DNA from: Vicinamibacterales bacterium | GTDB taxonomy: Bacteria; Acidobacteriota; Vicinamibacteria; Vicinamibacterales; JAMQPK01 | Length of the DNA stretch: 64,000 bases | Direction of reading: 5' to 3' | Assembly: GCA_963761975.1 (NCBI GenBank) | Contig: CAVXIR010000007.1 | Location: 1,359,906-1,423,905 of the forward strand | Part shown: piece after piece, positions 9,527-21,377 of the stretch | How the letters are laid out: every line of letters starts with the position of its first letter | Numbering within the stretch: the stretch's first letter is position 1 | Notes under the pieces: model-generated | Told to the model about the DNA's origin: nothing | Databases searched by the model: none | The model's input: only the letters and a program-made list of their open reading frames with translations | Program-made: the position numbers and the translations under genes

Positions 9527-10507
9527 TCAGTTCGGAAGGGTATCCGGATCGAACAAACAAAACGACCTTAGGTCGTCAGGATCATCAGAAAACACCGGAG
9601 CCGATTGAGTCGCCTGAAGAAATGATCGACTGCGAACGGAAGTATTCAGATAGAGAGCTGTCACAATGGCGTCGTTTTTTTTTGCGTTCTGAGGACCGTC
9701 AACATATGCAAGGCATCTGACCGCCGCGACCATCTCAGTCCACGCAGCAGCCAGCGAGGGGCCATTGCCGGCAGCCACCAAAACCCGGCCCAACGCCACT
9801 GCATCCTGACTTAATGCGGCTCGCATTTTGGCTGAGTGCGTGTAATTGAGGCCAATGTAGCGCTGCACATCATCCCTCACCGCATCGCCGTCAGAGTCAA
9901 TTCCGGCGAGCGTCTGTTTCCCGGACTCACCAGGGTCAGGCGGCAGCGGGAAGGGATCCACCGTCACCTGAATCGGTGCTGAGAGTGAATATCTGATTAG
10001 CTTTGCGAGTAGCTTCCTAAGACGATCTCGCTCAGCTGGACGGTCTCGTGGTGGCGTTCGGTTGAAGAGGGGCAATTCTCTGTCCCAATCATCGTCGTCC
10101 GGCTCCGGTTCCTTCCATTTGCCCGGTTTGAAACGCGCAGCGATTTTGAAACTCACCGAGCCGACCGCAGATTCGTTTAGCGTAATTCGAAGGCTATAAA
10201 TGTTGTCATTGGCTTTCAGATCACCGTTTCTGCCATCGTCTTTCAGGCGGCCAAGGATGGAGGCTGGTTCTCCAGATGTATCCAGCCTCACCAAAACCAC
10301 GCTAAGTTTCTTGAGCTGAGGATCACTAATCTGTGCGGTAAAGAGCACAGGTGTGGACGTGTTGACGACGATATAGGCGGGGGCAGCGGCTGTCGGACCG
10401 AACGTTCCTTGAATCTGCTTTGGTTGCCCAGAGAGCCAGACGCTTGCCGACGCGATGACGCCCGTCACAACGGCAGCCCAGGCCAGTGTTTTTATAGAAA
10501 AACCCAT
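9527..10507 (-). CDS. Secreted protein with choice-of-anchor-X-like motif and LPPDPG...GIDSDGDAVRDD domain
   Basis: N-terminal signal/TM segment; DDGRNGDLKANDNIYS; LPPDPGESGKQTLAGIDSDGDAVRDDVQRYI. Confidence 0.7.
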   Translation of the reverse strand: MGFSIKTLAWAAVVTGVIASASVWLSGQPKQIQGTFGPTAAAPAYIVVNTSTPVLFTAQISDPQLKKLSVVLVRLDTSGEPASILGRLKDDGRNGDLKANDNIYSLRITLNESAVGSVSFKIAARFKPGKWKEPEPDDDDWDRELPLFNRTPPRDRPAERDRLRKLLAKLIRYSLSAPIQVTVDPFPLPPDPGESGKQTLAGIDSDGDAVRDDVQRYIGLNYTHSAKMRAALSQDAVALGRVLVAAGNGPSLAAAWTEMVAAVRCLAYVDGPQNAKKNDAIVTALYLNTSVRSRSFLQATQSAPVFSDDPDDLRSFCLFDPDTLPN

Positions 10508-10789
10508 ACCCTCACTCTAGCTGCTCCACAGATTCTGTCCAGCGACGCTGTGAAGACAGCATCCGCGCGTTTTTGCGGAATCCGACTTTTCCTGTTGGAA
10601 ACGACGCGAGGCGGATCACGGACTTTATGGACGCACCTCTATCATGTCAAGCATTTTTCAGAAGTTTGTGGGAGCACGGAAAAGTCTGCCTATTGGGTGA
10701 CTTTTTCACCGCCGCGAAAGCGTCGCCTGGCCCTCCCGTTCAGTTGTGAATTGCTGAAGCGCAACTTTGCCACGGTGTGTTGTGTGCGA

Positions 10790-11240
10790 ATCCGGAGTGA
10801 TTGGCTGCGTCGCCGTCGCTTCGCACGATGCTCCGCAGCGCCGCATTGGCTTGCAGCGTCGTCGCATCAATGCCGATCGTCTTGCCACTGACCAGCCCGG
10901 CATCGGCCAGTCGCTGCAGCATCCACGTGAAGACCGCCTCGTGCGTATCAAGATCGATCAGCCGCCGCGCCCGGGTGATCGTCGAATGGTCTAGAGGCGG
11001 CGCCTCCGGCAATACCAGTCCGAGAAACTCGCGTAGCGCAAGGAGTCCGCCGCCCGCCACGCAATTGCACGCTCGGCATCCAAACCTTCGAAATAACCGA
11101 TCAGCAGGAGCCGAAAGTAGCGGCCCGGTGGTAGACCAGGCCGGCCGACAACGTCGGCATAGAATCGCTGGCAAGGTTCTTCGACGTACTCGTCGAAGTC
11201 ATGCTCAGAATTTGATTCAGCCGCGCAATCTCGGCGCACG
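10790..11240 (-). pseudogene. IS1182/IS5-like transposase N-terminal fragment
   Basis: Split over frames: GRPGLPPGRYFRLLLIGYFEGLD..., PPLDHSTITRARR, GKTIGIDATTLQANAA; truncated. Confidence 0.75.
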
Positions 11241-11625
11241 CGGGAGGCGCAGTAGCATCGACGCCATGACCGACTGATTCGCACGCCCCGTGCTTCACAT
11301 TTCGAGCGTCGAGGCCTCGCTCCACTTCTACCCACCGGCTCGGCTTCACGGAGAATCACTCGGCCATTGACGACTGCTGAGCCCGCATACCAGGGCATCG
11401 TCTCAGCCAGGCGCGAGCAGATGGAGCCCCGAAGGCATCTGCGTACGCAAGGGTCTCTAAACGTCGACATCGGCATCAATAGTAGATGATCACGAACAAC
11501 ATCTGGGACGCACAAAACGAATCGGCCTTGAATCGCAAATCCGCCTCGATACTCGCGCATCGTTGACACGACATCGTCATAATTGTAGGGTCTGGTAATA
11601 ACATCACAGACAGCGAACCTACATC

Positions 11626-12714
11626 ATGGCTGAGGATCGGGAACCTACCGAGATCGCATTGATCCAATCGAACGACCAGACGCTGTTGGTAGCGCGAAGC
11701 TCGGGCGGCGGTCACTTCGGAGTAGTTTGCCCATCCGATCTTGTGCCCGTTCTCCAGAGCTTCGTGTCTACGTCGAATCCTTCCTTAATCAGGTTCTGGA
11801 AGGCCTACGCCAGATCAAAAGGTGCGGACACATTCTTCTGGGATCTTATTGGAATCGCCGAAGCAATCCGAGATCTCTCTAGCGTACCCCGCAGTAGGCG
11901 ACTTCTTCACTTCACGTCGGAAGCCGATCTCTTTCACAACAGTTGGCAAGCGCGCCTCATGCGGTTATGTATCATGCGCGGGCTGGATGTCGAGATCATT
12001 CCAGCCAGCTCTGAGCTCCGCCGGCCTGATTTTCGTATCCAGTCTGATGTCGCAGTTGAGGTCAAGACCCTGTTCTCGGAGTCAGGAATAGAGATTGACG
12101 AAGAGGAAGGTATGCGGCTTGCGCCTCCTGACGCGGACAAACTTGCGCGCAACATCACGATTAAGGTGCAAGACGCACTTGGGCAGGTGGGTCAAGGCGG
12201 AGTTATCGTTGTTGCGTTGTGGTGTGACCTCGCTGCGAACGCAATCTGCAGGCTCGGAGACACCCGTCCCTTGGACACAATTGACCTGTTGCCCGGGACT
12301 TTCGTTTTGGCCCTCGGACCAAGTGAAGGTATCGAGCCTTACGCGGCGGTAACCTTGCCGCTTCAGGATGTCCACCAGTTCGCCGACCGCCTCTCCGACC
12401 GGCTTCGGACGCACACCAAACCGGTCGTTGTTCCATTCACCAGCAGACACGTGTGTGTCGCCAGGGGCAATGATTGGATCTCGATCGGTCGGCGGGTCCA
12501 GATTGGAAATTGGTGGTTTCAATACGCTCCGTACGAGACGCCAGGCAACGAGCGAGGGCCTAGCCTCATCCCGCCGGAAGTCCTAGAGCTATTGTTCCAG
12601 TCCCTCAAGACGCGAAGGGGAAAATGGTCGCATGGAATAAAGCGATCGAACGAGAGCCCGTTGAATCTCGCCCTTACTCCTCCTCAGAAATGGCTACTGA
12701 CCCGAGGTTTGTAG
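11626..12714 (+). CDS. Hypothetical protein with PD-(D/E)XK restriction-endonuclease-like motif
   Basis: RRPDFRIQSDVAVEVK motif. Confidence 0.55.
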   Translation: MAEDREPTEIALIQSNDQTLLVARSSGGGHFGVVCPSDLVPVLQSFVSTSNPSLIRFWKAYARSKGADTFFWDLIGIAEAIRDLSSVPRSRRLLHFTSEADLFHNSWQARLMRLCIMRGLDVEIIPASSELRRPDFRIQSDVAVEVKTLFSESGIEIDEEEGMRLAPPDADKLARNITIKVQDALGQVGQGGVIVVALWCDLAANAICRLGDTRPLDTIDLLPGTFVLALGPSEGIEPYAAVTLPLQDVHQFADRLSDRLRTHTKPVVVPFTSRHVCVARGNDWISIGRRVQIGNWWFQYAPYETPGNERGPSLIPPEVLELLFQSLKTRRGKWSHGIKRSNESPLNLALTPPQKWLLTRGL

Positions 12715-13435
12715 CTCTGTTCGCCGGGGGCGCTCAACTGTTCACGGTGCTGAGACTTCTGCGACAGAGCGATCTGCTCTTCTCTGAGTTGTTACCCGAA
12801 GGCAGGCCGCGCACAGACGCGAATCGTTTTCTTAAGGCGACGTTTCGCGCGGATGGCGGGCTAGATGCGGAAGGATTTTTACAATTGGAAAAAGGCGTCC
12901 ACTGCATGGCTCGCCTGACCAACCACCTAATGGCCATTTGCCATTGCACTGAGCACTTGTAACGTAACGGCGTTTTTCTGAAACCCAATGGTTTCGGACT
13001 GCCATCGCCCGAATCCCTGGCTTGGTCTGACATTAAGACGTGAATAAACACTGCGGCGTTAGAACGAAGCTGCTGGCGCGACGCTCGCCACGCGTGAGGT
13101 ACGCTCGACCGGTCGGGTAGCGTGGCGAAGGTTATGAGCCATTTTGTGGATCTCTCCCTTCATCTGTCTGATTTCATTTTCTCGGTCTAATGGTTTGCTG
13201 ACCATAGACGTTTTCTCTATTTAGTTAGTTCAGTTTCTACTACTGGGCCCCATCGATCGGGGTCGTCATCAATAATGGCGCAACCACCTTCTCAACAGAA
13301 GATGGCGGATTGTGCCAGGCCGGAACACTTGACTCGACGTTGTTCGGGTTGGCGTCTGAGCATTCTTGTGAATGTTGCGGACGGTTGCAGGTAAAATGGG
13401 CATCGCAATCAACGTCCATGTCGATGGCCTCACCC

Positions 13436-13934
13436 ATGAAGCAACTAGATAGTATTTCGGCAGCTCGAGATCAGCTGAATCGAACATTGACATTCTTTCC
13501 ACGCGTCGATTCGAAGGCCTCGGTGGTTCTTGGTGTTGACACTGGCTTCGCAGCTGTATTGGCAACACGCGCGTTTCCATATGCCAATCTCCGTTGGGAA
13601 TGGATTCCACTAGGACTGACATTGTTCCTGCTAAGTACCAGTTTCTGGCACTGGGAGTGCGAAGTATTTCCCGCCCTTGATGGCGGCCACGATTCGTTAC
13701 TGTATTTCCGCGAGATCGCAAAAAGCGGACCGAAACAAAAAGGACATTGACGCGTGGAAAGACTTTACCGACGAGGAGTATCTGAACGACCTTCTCGGTC
13801 AGATCTGGAGAAATTCGGCAATCCTGACACAGAAATTCCACCATATGAAGTGGGCATTCTACTCTTTGGCGTTGGCCATCGTGCCGTGGATAATTTCCCT
13901 GGTAGTCCTCACGTTCCGCGCGGTAGCTCAATGA
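13436..13934 (+). CDS. pycTM: Pycsar transmembrane effector (PycTM-like), frameshifted
   Basis: RVDSKASVVLG, TM helices, FP...SLLYFREIA, then (other frame) DLLGQIWRNSAILTQKF; directly upstream of a cyclase. Confidence 0.75.
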
Positions 13935-13937
13935 CGT

Positions 13938-14648
13938 ATGGCTATTCTGGAACATCTCACGAAAGAAATAGACACAATCGCCCGTTCTCAATGGGAGATT
14001 ACGGACGGCCGCGTTGTTCCGGAGACTCAGAATATTGGTCTCGGTAATAAAGGTGTTCGCATTGATGCGGCGGTGCCGTACGCTGACTTGGCCGACTCAA
14101 CTGAACTCGCTTCACACAGTCACACTATAGCCGCTGAGGTCTACAAGGGGTTTCTTCTCTCTGGTGGGAGAATCATTCTTCACCGGGGCGGCTACATTCG
14201 CAGCTTCGATGGGGATCGTGTCATGGGTGTCTTCATCGGCGATTCGAAGAATACTAGCGCCGTTAAGGCTGCACTAAATATCAAATATGTGTTCGACGAG
14301 CTCCTGGTGCCGAGATTTAAGCAGCATGACCCCGTATTCAAGGATGGCACACTCACTCTGAAATATGGTGCCGGCATCGACAGTGGTTCAGTGTTAGTGG
14401 CACGAGCCGGTGTTCGTAATAACAACGACTTGGTATGGGTTGGCTGAATGTGCAAACGTGGCGGCGAAGTTGATAGAACGGTTCGTGAAGCACCCTTCAA
14501 TACGTATATAACCAAGGTCGTCTACGACAATATGAACAGTGAGGCAAAGTTCACCAACGGCCAAGACATGTGGGAATCGCGAAACTGGTCAGCCCTACCA
14601 GCGGGCAAGCAGAGTATTTACCGTTCCAAATGGCACTGGAAGCCGTAA
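13938..14648 (+). CDS. pycC: Pycsar pyrimidine nucleotide cyclase (class III cyclase fold), frameshifted near 14445
   Basis: YADLADST, IRSFDGDRVMGVF, GIDSG...RAGVRNNNDLVWVG; ANVAAKL appears in a shifted frame; C-terminus YRSKWHWKP. Confidence 0.8.
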
Positions 14649-15018
14649 ATAAACGGGAACAGAGTTGGACGGCGTGCAAGGAGAAGCTCGAGTAAATACA
14701 GGGTGCGGTTAGCTTCCAAGAGATAGCTGAGCGCCTTGAGAAGTTCGGTCTTTTTCGGTTTATCAAACAATACCGAAATCAACTCCTCGTCGTCGATAAG
14801 GTCTGGGTTAGTGCTGGTGAAATGAATGCCGAGCACAGTTCCGACGATTCGATATCCGCCACAGAGGTCAACGGATGAGTAAGCGCATCCCACCACACGG
14901 TAGGACAAACTCTTACAGCTGCCGCCCGTCGAGCACGTCATCTCGAAAGCTCTTGACGGCATCACTGCCGCAGCTGATAATGCGCCGCCCTCGCCTCATC
15001 CGCAGGCTCCTATAACCA

Positions 15019-15857
15019 ATGCCGTTTCGCGTGATTCGCGGGACCTTCCACATTGCCGGATACTCCCCGGATGGTGACTCTTTGCGTTTCGCAGCACTTG
15101 ACGACACGCATTGGGACCTATTGAATGGTTACTTTGTACAACTGAATGGTCGGGGCCATGCTCAATTGAGACTGGGAAGCTATCGATACCCTAGAAACTC
15201 ATTACCGTGGGATGCACCAGCCTTTGGACCTTGCTCAGAAGGCGCTGGACTTTCTCCTTCATTCGGTGGGTATCACCGGAGCTCAGTGGGACGTTTTGCT
15301 GACTCGAGTGACTGAAGCCAATGATGGAACTTCTGGCTACATCATCTCAAGAGCGATTGAGCAGTATGGAAGGCCCATTGCTTTTGTGTTCGCCGGCCAT
15401 CCGCCTGAAAGTGACGGGGCGAGCATCTTTTTCACTCACGAGCGCCTTCGAGATAGCGTCAACTACAAATCGATCGCGGAAGGATTGGCCTACCTGAGGT
15501 ACTACAAAGGCTTTTTTTTCCGATTTGCGGTCGACGCTTTCGGGTGCTGTCCTTGATGCGCGAAATCAGAACTTGAATATCTGGGCGGAAGACCGGACCA
15601 CAGCTGGCTTTGATGTGCCGGATCTCTTGGCCATAACCGATCGTCACGTGATCATGCCGAAGCTCTTTCGGAGGCTAGCGGAGTTTCTCGATGGCGGCGG
15701 GCAGGTTTCAGGGTTTAAGCAATTCCTTGAAGCCAAAAATGAGGGTGTAACGATCATTGCCGGTTCTCACTTCACCCACTTCGACAACATCGTCGAGGTC
15801 AACGGGAATATGGTCATCATGACAGAGCAGCCTGAAAACCTGATTTTTGAAGGTTAG
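15019..15857 (+). CDS. Thermonuclease (SNase)-like protein, split in three frames
   Basis: PDGDSLRF...QLRL, EQYGRPIAFVF, SVNYKSIAEGLAY, IMPKLFRRL. Confidence 0.6.
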
Positions 15858-16431
15858 CGATGGCCGCCAATCCACAGTCTGAATTCATTTGGCAAGGCCG
15901 GCTTCTATTCTGGCGACAAACCTGGTGTCTACGGGGATGGCGCTTGTGCTGGTCTCATGACCGCGATGCCACTAACCGTTCGTCACATGGCGGGTGCCGG
16001 CAAACACCCAATCACTGTTACTGTGGCAACCGCCAACGTCAAAACATTTCCACCCTACCCAGGGCATTTGGCGTCAGTATTCGCGCACGTCCCAGACCCC
16101 GCTAATCCGCCGACGTCCACTAGCCCCGGGTCATATCTCAAGCAGTTGCTGCGCGATGTCCGTTTCGACGGCACTACCGCCGACGTCGCGATAGATAGGG
16201 TCGACCTTTCGTCTTACGGTGAGCTCATCTACCTGAGCGTCTAAATCGAAGTGGACACGTCGGTTCCCCCTGGTCTATACGATGACTTTCTGTTCCTGGG
16301 ATTGAATATCACCGCCGTGACTTTTGAATATTTTGCATCACTAGGTTTTCACCTGTAAGCGTTGATTCTCCCGCCGCCGTTGGGAACGCATTCGTCGCAC
16401 ATCGCATCGCTGACAGGATTTCGAACCCGTG

Positions 16432-17857
16432 GGGGATGTCCCACTGACTGTTGAAATTTGAGAGCGGCGGCTCCTCACTGCTCGTGGTAAACGAGTGGTG
16501 ACCAAAACCCGGGCACATGCCCGCCAACAAGGAGCCGCCATGAAGGGAAAGTCTCACACAATCGATGGTCTCACCAAGTCGATTCGCCTGCCCGCCATCT
16601 CCCGCTCGTCGATCTGCTCGTGGATACACGGGCGGAGCTGATGGAGCTGGCGGTGGCCTCGGGTCTGAAGGTCCTCACCACCATGATCGAGGAGGATCGG
16701 ACGGCGATCTGTGGGCCTCGCTATCAGCATCAGACCGCGCGTCAGGCGTCGCGCGCGGGCACGGTGCCGAGCGAGGTGGTCCTCGGTGGCCGGAAAGTCG
16801 CAATCCGCCGGCCGCGAGTTCGCACGAATGGGGCGGAAGTCCCCTTGCCGACGTTTCAGCTGATGGCCAGCGAGGATCCGTTAAATCGTCGCGTCGTGGA
16901 ACAGATGCTCGTCGGCGTGGCGACACGGCAGTAACCACGCAGCCTGGAGCCACTGCCATCGACGATGGCCACGCGGGGCGCGAGCAAGAGCGCCGTGAGC
17001 CGCCGGTTCGTCGCGAAAACCGCCGCGCAGCTCGACGCCTGGCGGTCCACCGCGCTCGACGCGCTCGATCTCGTGGCGTTGCTGATCGACGGCGTCCACA
17101 TCGGTGAACACTGCATCGTGGTGGCGCTCGGGATCGATCACACCGGGCACAAACACGCGCTCGGCCTGTGGGACGGGTCGACGGAGAATGCGACCGTGTG
17201 TCAGAGCCTCTTGGCGGATGTGCAGAGCCGCGGTGTGCGGACGGATCGCAGTCTGGTGATCCTCGACGGATCGAAGGCACTCCACAAGGCGGTGACGCAG
17301 ACGTTTGGCGCCGCCGCGCTGATCCACCGGTGCCACGTCCACAAGCTCCGGAACATCCTGGAACATCTCCCCGAAGGGCAGCGCCCGTGGGTGCGTGCGA
17401 TTGTTGTGCGCGCTTACCGGCAGACCGAGGTCGCGCCGGCGCGACGGCTCCTGCAGGATCTGGCGCGCCGACTGGAAGATGGCTATCCGAGCGCGGCGGC
17501 CAGTGTGCGCGAAGGGCTCGAGGAGACGCTCACTATCCTCACCCTTGGTCTCTCCGATCGCCTTCGTCAGTCGCTCGCCACGACCAACGCGATCGAGAGC
17601 TTGATCGTCGTACCCGGCACGTAAAGCGCAATGTCAAACGGTGGCGCGGAGGGCAGATGGTGCTGCGATGGACGGCCGCTGCCGTCCTCGAAGCCGTGAA
17701 AGGTTTTCGCCGATTGAAGGGTCACAAGGACATGCCGAAGCTCGTCGCCGCTCTTCGCGCTCGCGATCAGCAGCTTGGCATCGCCGCGTCAGTGAGAACG
17801 TCGCATAGAATGTCACCCGAGCCGCCGCTGAATTTCAACAGCGGACGGGGCAACCCC
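16432..17857 (+). mobile_element. IS256-family insertion sequence with disrupted transposase
   Basis: Imperfect IRs ggggatgtcccactgactgttgaaatt / aatttcaacagcggacggggcaacccc; 8-bp target duplication aacccgtg at 16424-16431 and 17858-17865; DDE motifs LIDGVH, ILDGSK, TTNAIESL. Confidence 0.92.
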
Positions 17858-18199
17858 AACCCGTGTCTCCTTTGTGGTAAGCGCTGCCAGTGCTGACGCG
17901 AACTGCCGCAGTATTAAAAAACTGCTGCGCCATTTGATCTATCTCTTGCTGCAAGAGTGTCCATGAGAAGTCGAGTAGCGGCTTGTCACCAATTTGGAAC
18001 TTGTCCTAACACGTTGGCGTCGATCTTCAGCGAACGTACGGCGGGTTCTCCAGTTTTCGAACCTGTGTCGCACAAACGTCGTGTACCCAACGTGGGAAAC
18101 GCGAGGTGCACAACTAGACAAATGATATTAGTTTGCCGCTGTTACTGTGACAGATGCTGAGACGAGCGCGGTCTGATCGTCGTCGCGCTAGCAGTCGGC

Positions 18200-19944
18200 T
18201 GGTTCGGATTCCCCAGGTCGTACAAGGCGGCGCGAGTACCTCCTCCATCGTAAGTCGCAACAGGTGTCACAACTAGAGACCCAATTCTTGAGTGGCCCAA
18301 AATCTCTGGACAAACTGTGTTCGCTCCTCATCGTCGATTAACAGAAAGGGTCTGTACCCACTTGATATGAGGACACCCACCGACCGGTCAGCCAATCAGC
18401 GTAGAGCCAGTCCCAACGCAGGGTCAACCGCCCGGAATAGTATCGGATACTACCTGAGTGGAGCATAGAAACCACAATTGCGTTTGGCGGCAAATTATCT
18501 TGCACATACTCGCCAATTACAGCAAACCGCCGATCATGCGGTTTAGGCGGCTTCAAACCGGTCACATCCCATCGCCAGGCAAGAAACACCACGAAACACG
18601 CTACTAGAACGAACCTCAGCATAAACGAATTCAATCGTTGACCGAGATCGACACAGTTAGGCCGCAAAGGAGCAGTAGCAGCGATATTGCCGGCAGCAGG
18701 AATCGTAAGAACGTCCAGTTATCGAAAGGCGCATACAGGGCATAACATCCGTACAAAGCCACCACGAACACGACGAAGAGGTTTGACAACCTTCCTCTTG
18801 CAGCAATGCGCGAATCAGCATGGGAACTCACGACGCCTCAACAGGAACCACCCTGCAGCGGCGAGCAAGATAAAGGGCGTTTCCATGTCGAGGAGCCACC
18901 TGGATACCGCGAAAGATTCGTCCAGAAATAATCGACGCTGAACAAAACTGACATATCGCCGTATCCGGAAGACAGCGGCGAACCATAGAGCTTGTCGTTT
19001 ACGAGAGCAACTCCGATGCAGCCAGGAATGACGGCTGCAGAAAATATGCAGGCATTCAACAGCCGGCGACGTAGTCTCTCCGCAGAGTAAACCAGAACAA
19101 ATATCCCAGGTACAGCGGCTAACGGCACAAGATTGGCGTAGTGAGAATAGCGGCCGATGTGGCCAGGCCTCCGGCAAAGATAAGAGGCGTCGTCCTTGAT
19201 GCACCTAGTATCGCAAGGAGCCACCATGCCGTGACGGGCACATCGCTCATAGGCTCTTTCAGGTGGAACAAGAAGACTGGGCTTGTAAGCAGCAACTACG
19301 CAGTTGCGAGGCCGCACACCTCACCTGCCACACGCCGTCCAAGAAGGAAAGCTACGAAGATTGTCACTCCGCCAAGTAACGGCACAACAAAGAACGGCCC
19401 GTCCGACCAAACAAAACGAGCAGGCCTGCCATCAGCAGTGGGAGGCCTGGTGGATACGTTGGCACGAACGTTCCGCGTCGAGGCCCGGACGATATCCAAG
19501 CGGTGACAACGTCCACTCCGGCTCAGGCCAGGGCGCGCGAAGAGAAAGTGGTTCGTGTTCGACAAGATTGCCAGCCGCCCACAGGTGCGATTGACTTACG
19601 TATCCGTACGCGTCCGATCCGAGCGCCTCGAACGTCGATACCCGAAACGCAATTGCGACGGTTAATGCCCCGAGGACAATTGCGACGATCGTGGAGTGCT
19701 GCAATACCTGAGACCAAATCGTTGCGAGTTTCTGTTGGCGCAATTCAGATCGATACAACAGAAACGCACTTGCTACGCTTGCTATGAGTGCTGGACGCCA
19801 GAGTGTCTGAGATGAGATTCGAATCCCGTAAGCGCTTGTGTATACACCTGAGCCGAAAAGTGCGACTACGGCGAGTAGGGCACTCGCCACAATCGCAATC
19901 AGAAGAATCGAATCAACTAGCTTGGCACGAATGGCAGTTAGCAA
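18200..19944 (-). pseudogene. Multi-pass membrane glycosyltransferase-like (GT-C) gene in fragments
   Basis: GSDAYGYVSQSHLW, LSPLGYRPG, YGSPLSSGYG, RFLLPA and HSGSIRYYSGR fall in successive frames. Confidence 0.6.
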
Positions 19945-20459
19945 TCTAGGTGGTCAAACGGATATCAACGGTGAATTTCTGGAATCCTGCGTAGAGAATT
20001 GTGGCTTGCGCCGAACACCTGATACCGCAAAATCTATCACAAGCCAACGGTTGGCGACAGTTCTCTCTCCTTCTGCTCGATCCCTATCGCACGGCTTGGT
20101 GATCGTCACATCAAATCGCGGGCCCGAAGAATAGACCTTTGCAGACCGGGTCCGCAGAGTGGCATCGTTCACTCTCCCAGCAACACCTACGATCTCGTCA
20201 TCAAAGACGAATCGTATCGCCGGGCTCAGCCCATGCTCGCCAATGACGGAAAGGAGCGCTCACAACCGTGCACGAGTCGGGCCTCCGCCTACGATGGGGC
20301 CATTCGGCTGGTCTGCGCCTTGGCTCCCGCGATCGCGGCAGTGTAGGACAAAGTCCACATTGACACGTCGTGTCCTTGTCACTCTCGCCCGCCGACGCTA
20401 ACGAAAATTGCGCTTGCCGCGCTATAGAAGTGTTTCTAGCATATATGTGTGTGACCTCT

Positions 20460-21086
20460 ATGAATGCAGTGGAGCAGGGCTGTTGCCGATCTCAGCCAAG
20501 CCCGCAAACGGCCAGGAGTCTATGGAGGGCGTCTAAAATCACGGTGCAGAGGTCGCTCACGCTGCTCTTTGTCGCGTGTCTCGCCGCTCCTGGAATTGGC
20601 AGCGCACAGACCGTTATTGCTCCAGCTCCGCTGCCTGTCCCTCCACTACCACCTCGACTCTTCATCGAAACTGTCCCTGAATCCAGCGGCCGGCCGGACG
20701 AGTCGATCAAAAGTCTAAGTTGGTGGGAGCCTCCTGCGAGCGGCAGCGAGATCCCACGATGGGCGATTGGCCACACACTCGCGTTCAAGACTCCCGGCGG
20801 TCTTGCCTTGTCAGCTGGTTTCTTCGGGCGACGAGGCGATCCGCTTCCATTGTACCTGTCACAAGGCGTCGCGCAGCGCGCCGCCAGCAACTCCGTAACA
20901 CATCCTAGTACATACAAGTTGCACTGGGACGCGAAGTTCGGCGTGTCCGCGCCCTTGCGGAATGGCCCACAATTGAAGATCAACGCGATCGGCGAAGTCT
21001 TTGTGCCACTAACAGGTTCGACCGACCCTTCAGCGGCGTTTCTGACGTCACGTGCGTTCCGGTTCGGAGTCGTGGTGGTCTTCTGA
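20460..21086 (+). CDS. Hypothetical exported protein
   Basis: Signal-like LLFVACLAAPGIGSA; C-terminal FRFGVVVVF; start uncertain. Confidence 0.5.
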   Translation: MNAVEQGCCRSQPSPQTARSLWRASKITVQRSLTLLFVACLAAPGIGSAQTVIAPAPLPVPPLPPRLFIETVPESSGRPDESIKSLSWWEPPASGSEIPRWAIGHTLAFKTPGGLALSAGFFGRRGDPLPLYLSQGVAQRAASNSVTHPSTYKLHWDAKFGVSAPLRNGPQLKINAIGEVFVPLTGSTDPSAAFLTSRAFRFGVVVVF

Positions 21087-21377
21087 TCGCTTTGGGCTTT
21101 AGCGCCGGCTCACCAACTCGGGCGGCCAAGTCGGTTTCGCTCAGCGTCGAGGAGGCGAGACCCGCCGAGCGCCCATGCTTGTTCGTCTGCGTCAACGCCT
21201 CCAGCCATTTTCTCGTGATCGCGCGGCGTTCTGTTGATCCAGAAATCTGGCGCAGCGCTTCTCCAGCAGCCTATCCCGGCTGGGCGCCGAGGCCCGCGAT
21301 TCGCCCGGAGAAGAGGTTCAGCACAACGTGCTGAGGTGTCTTTCAATGGACGCCTTACTTCACATCGTTGCAACCTA

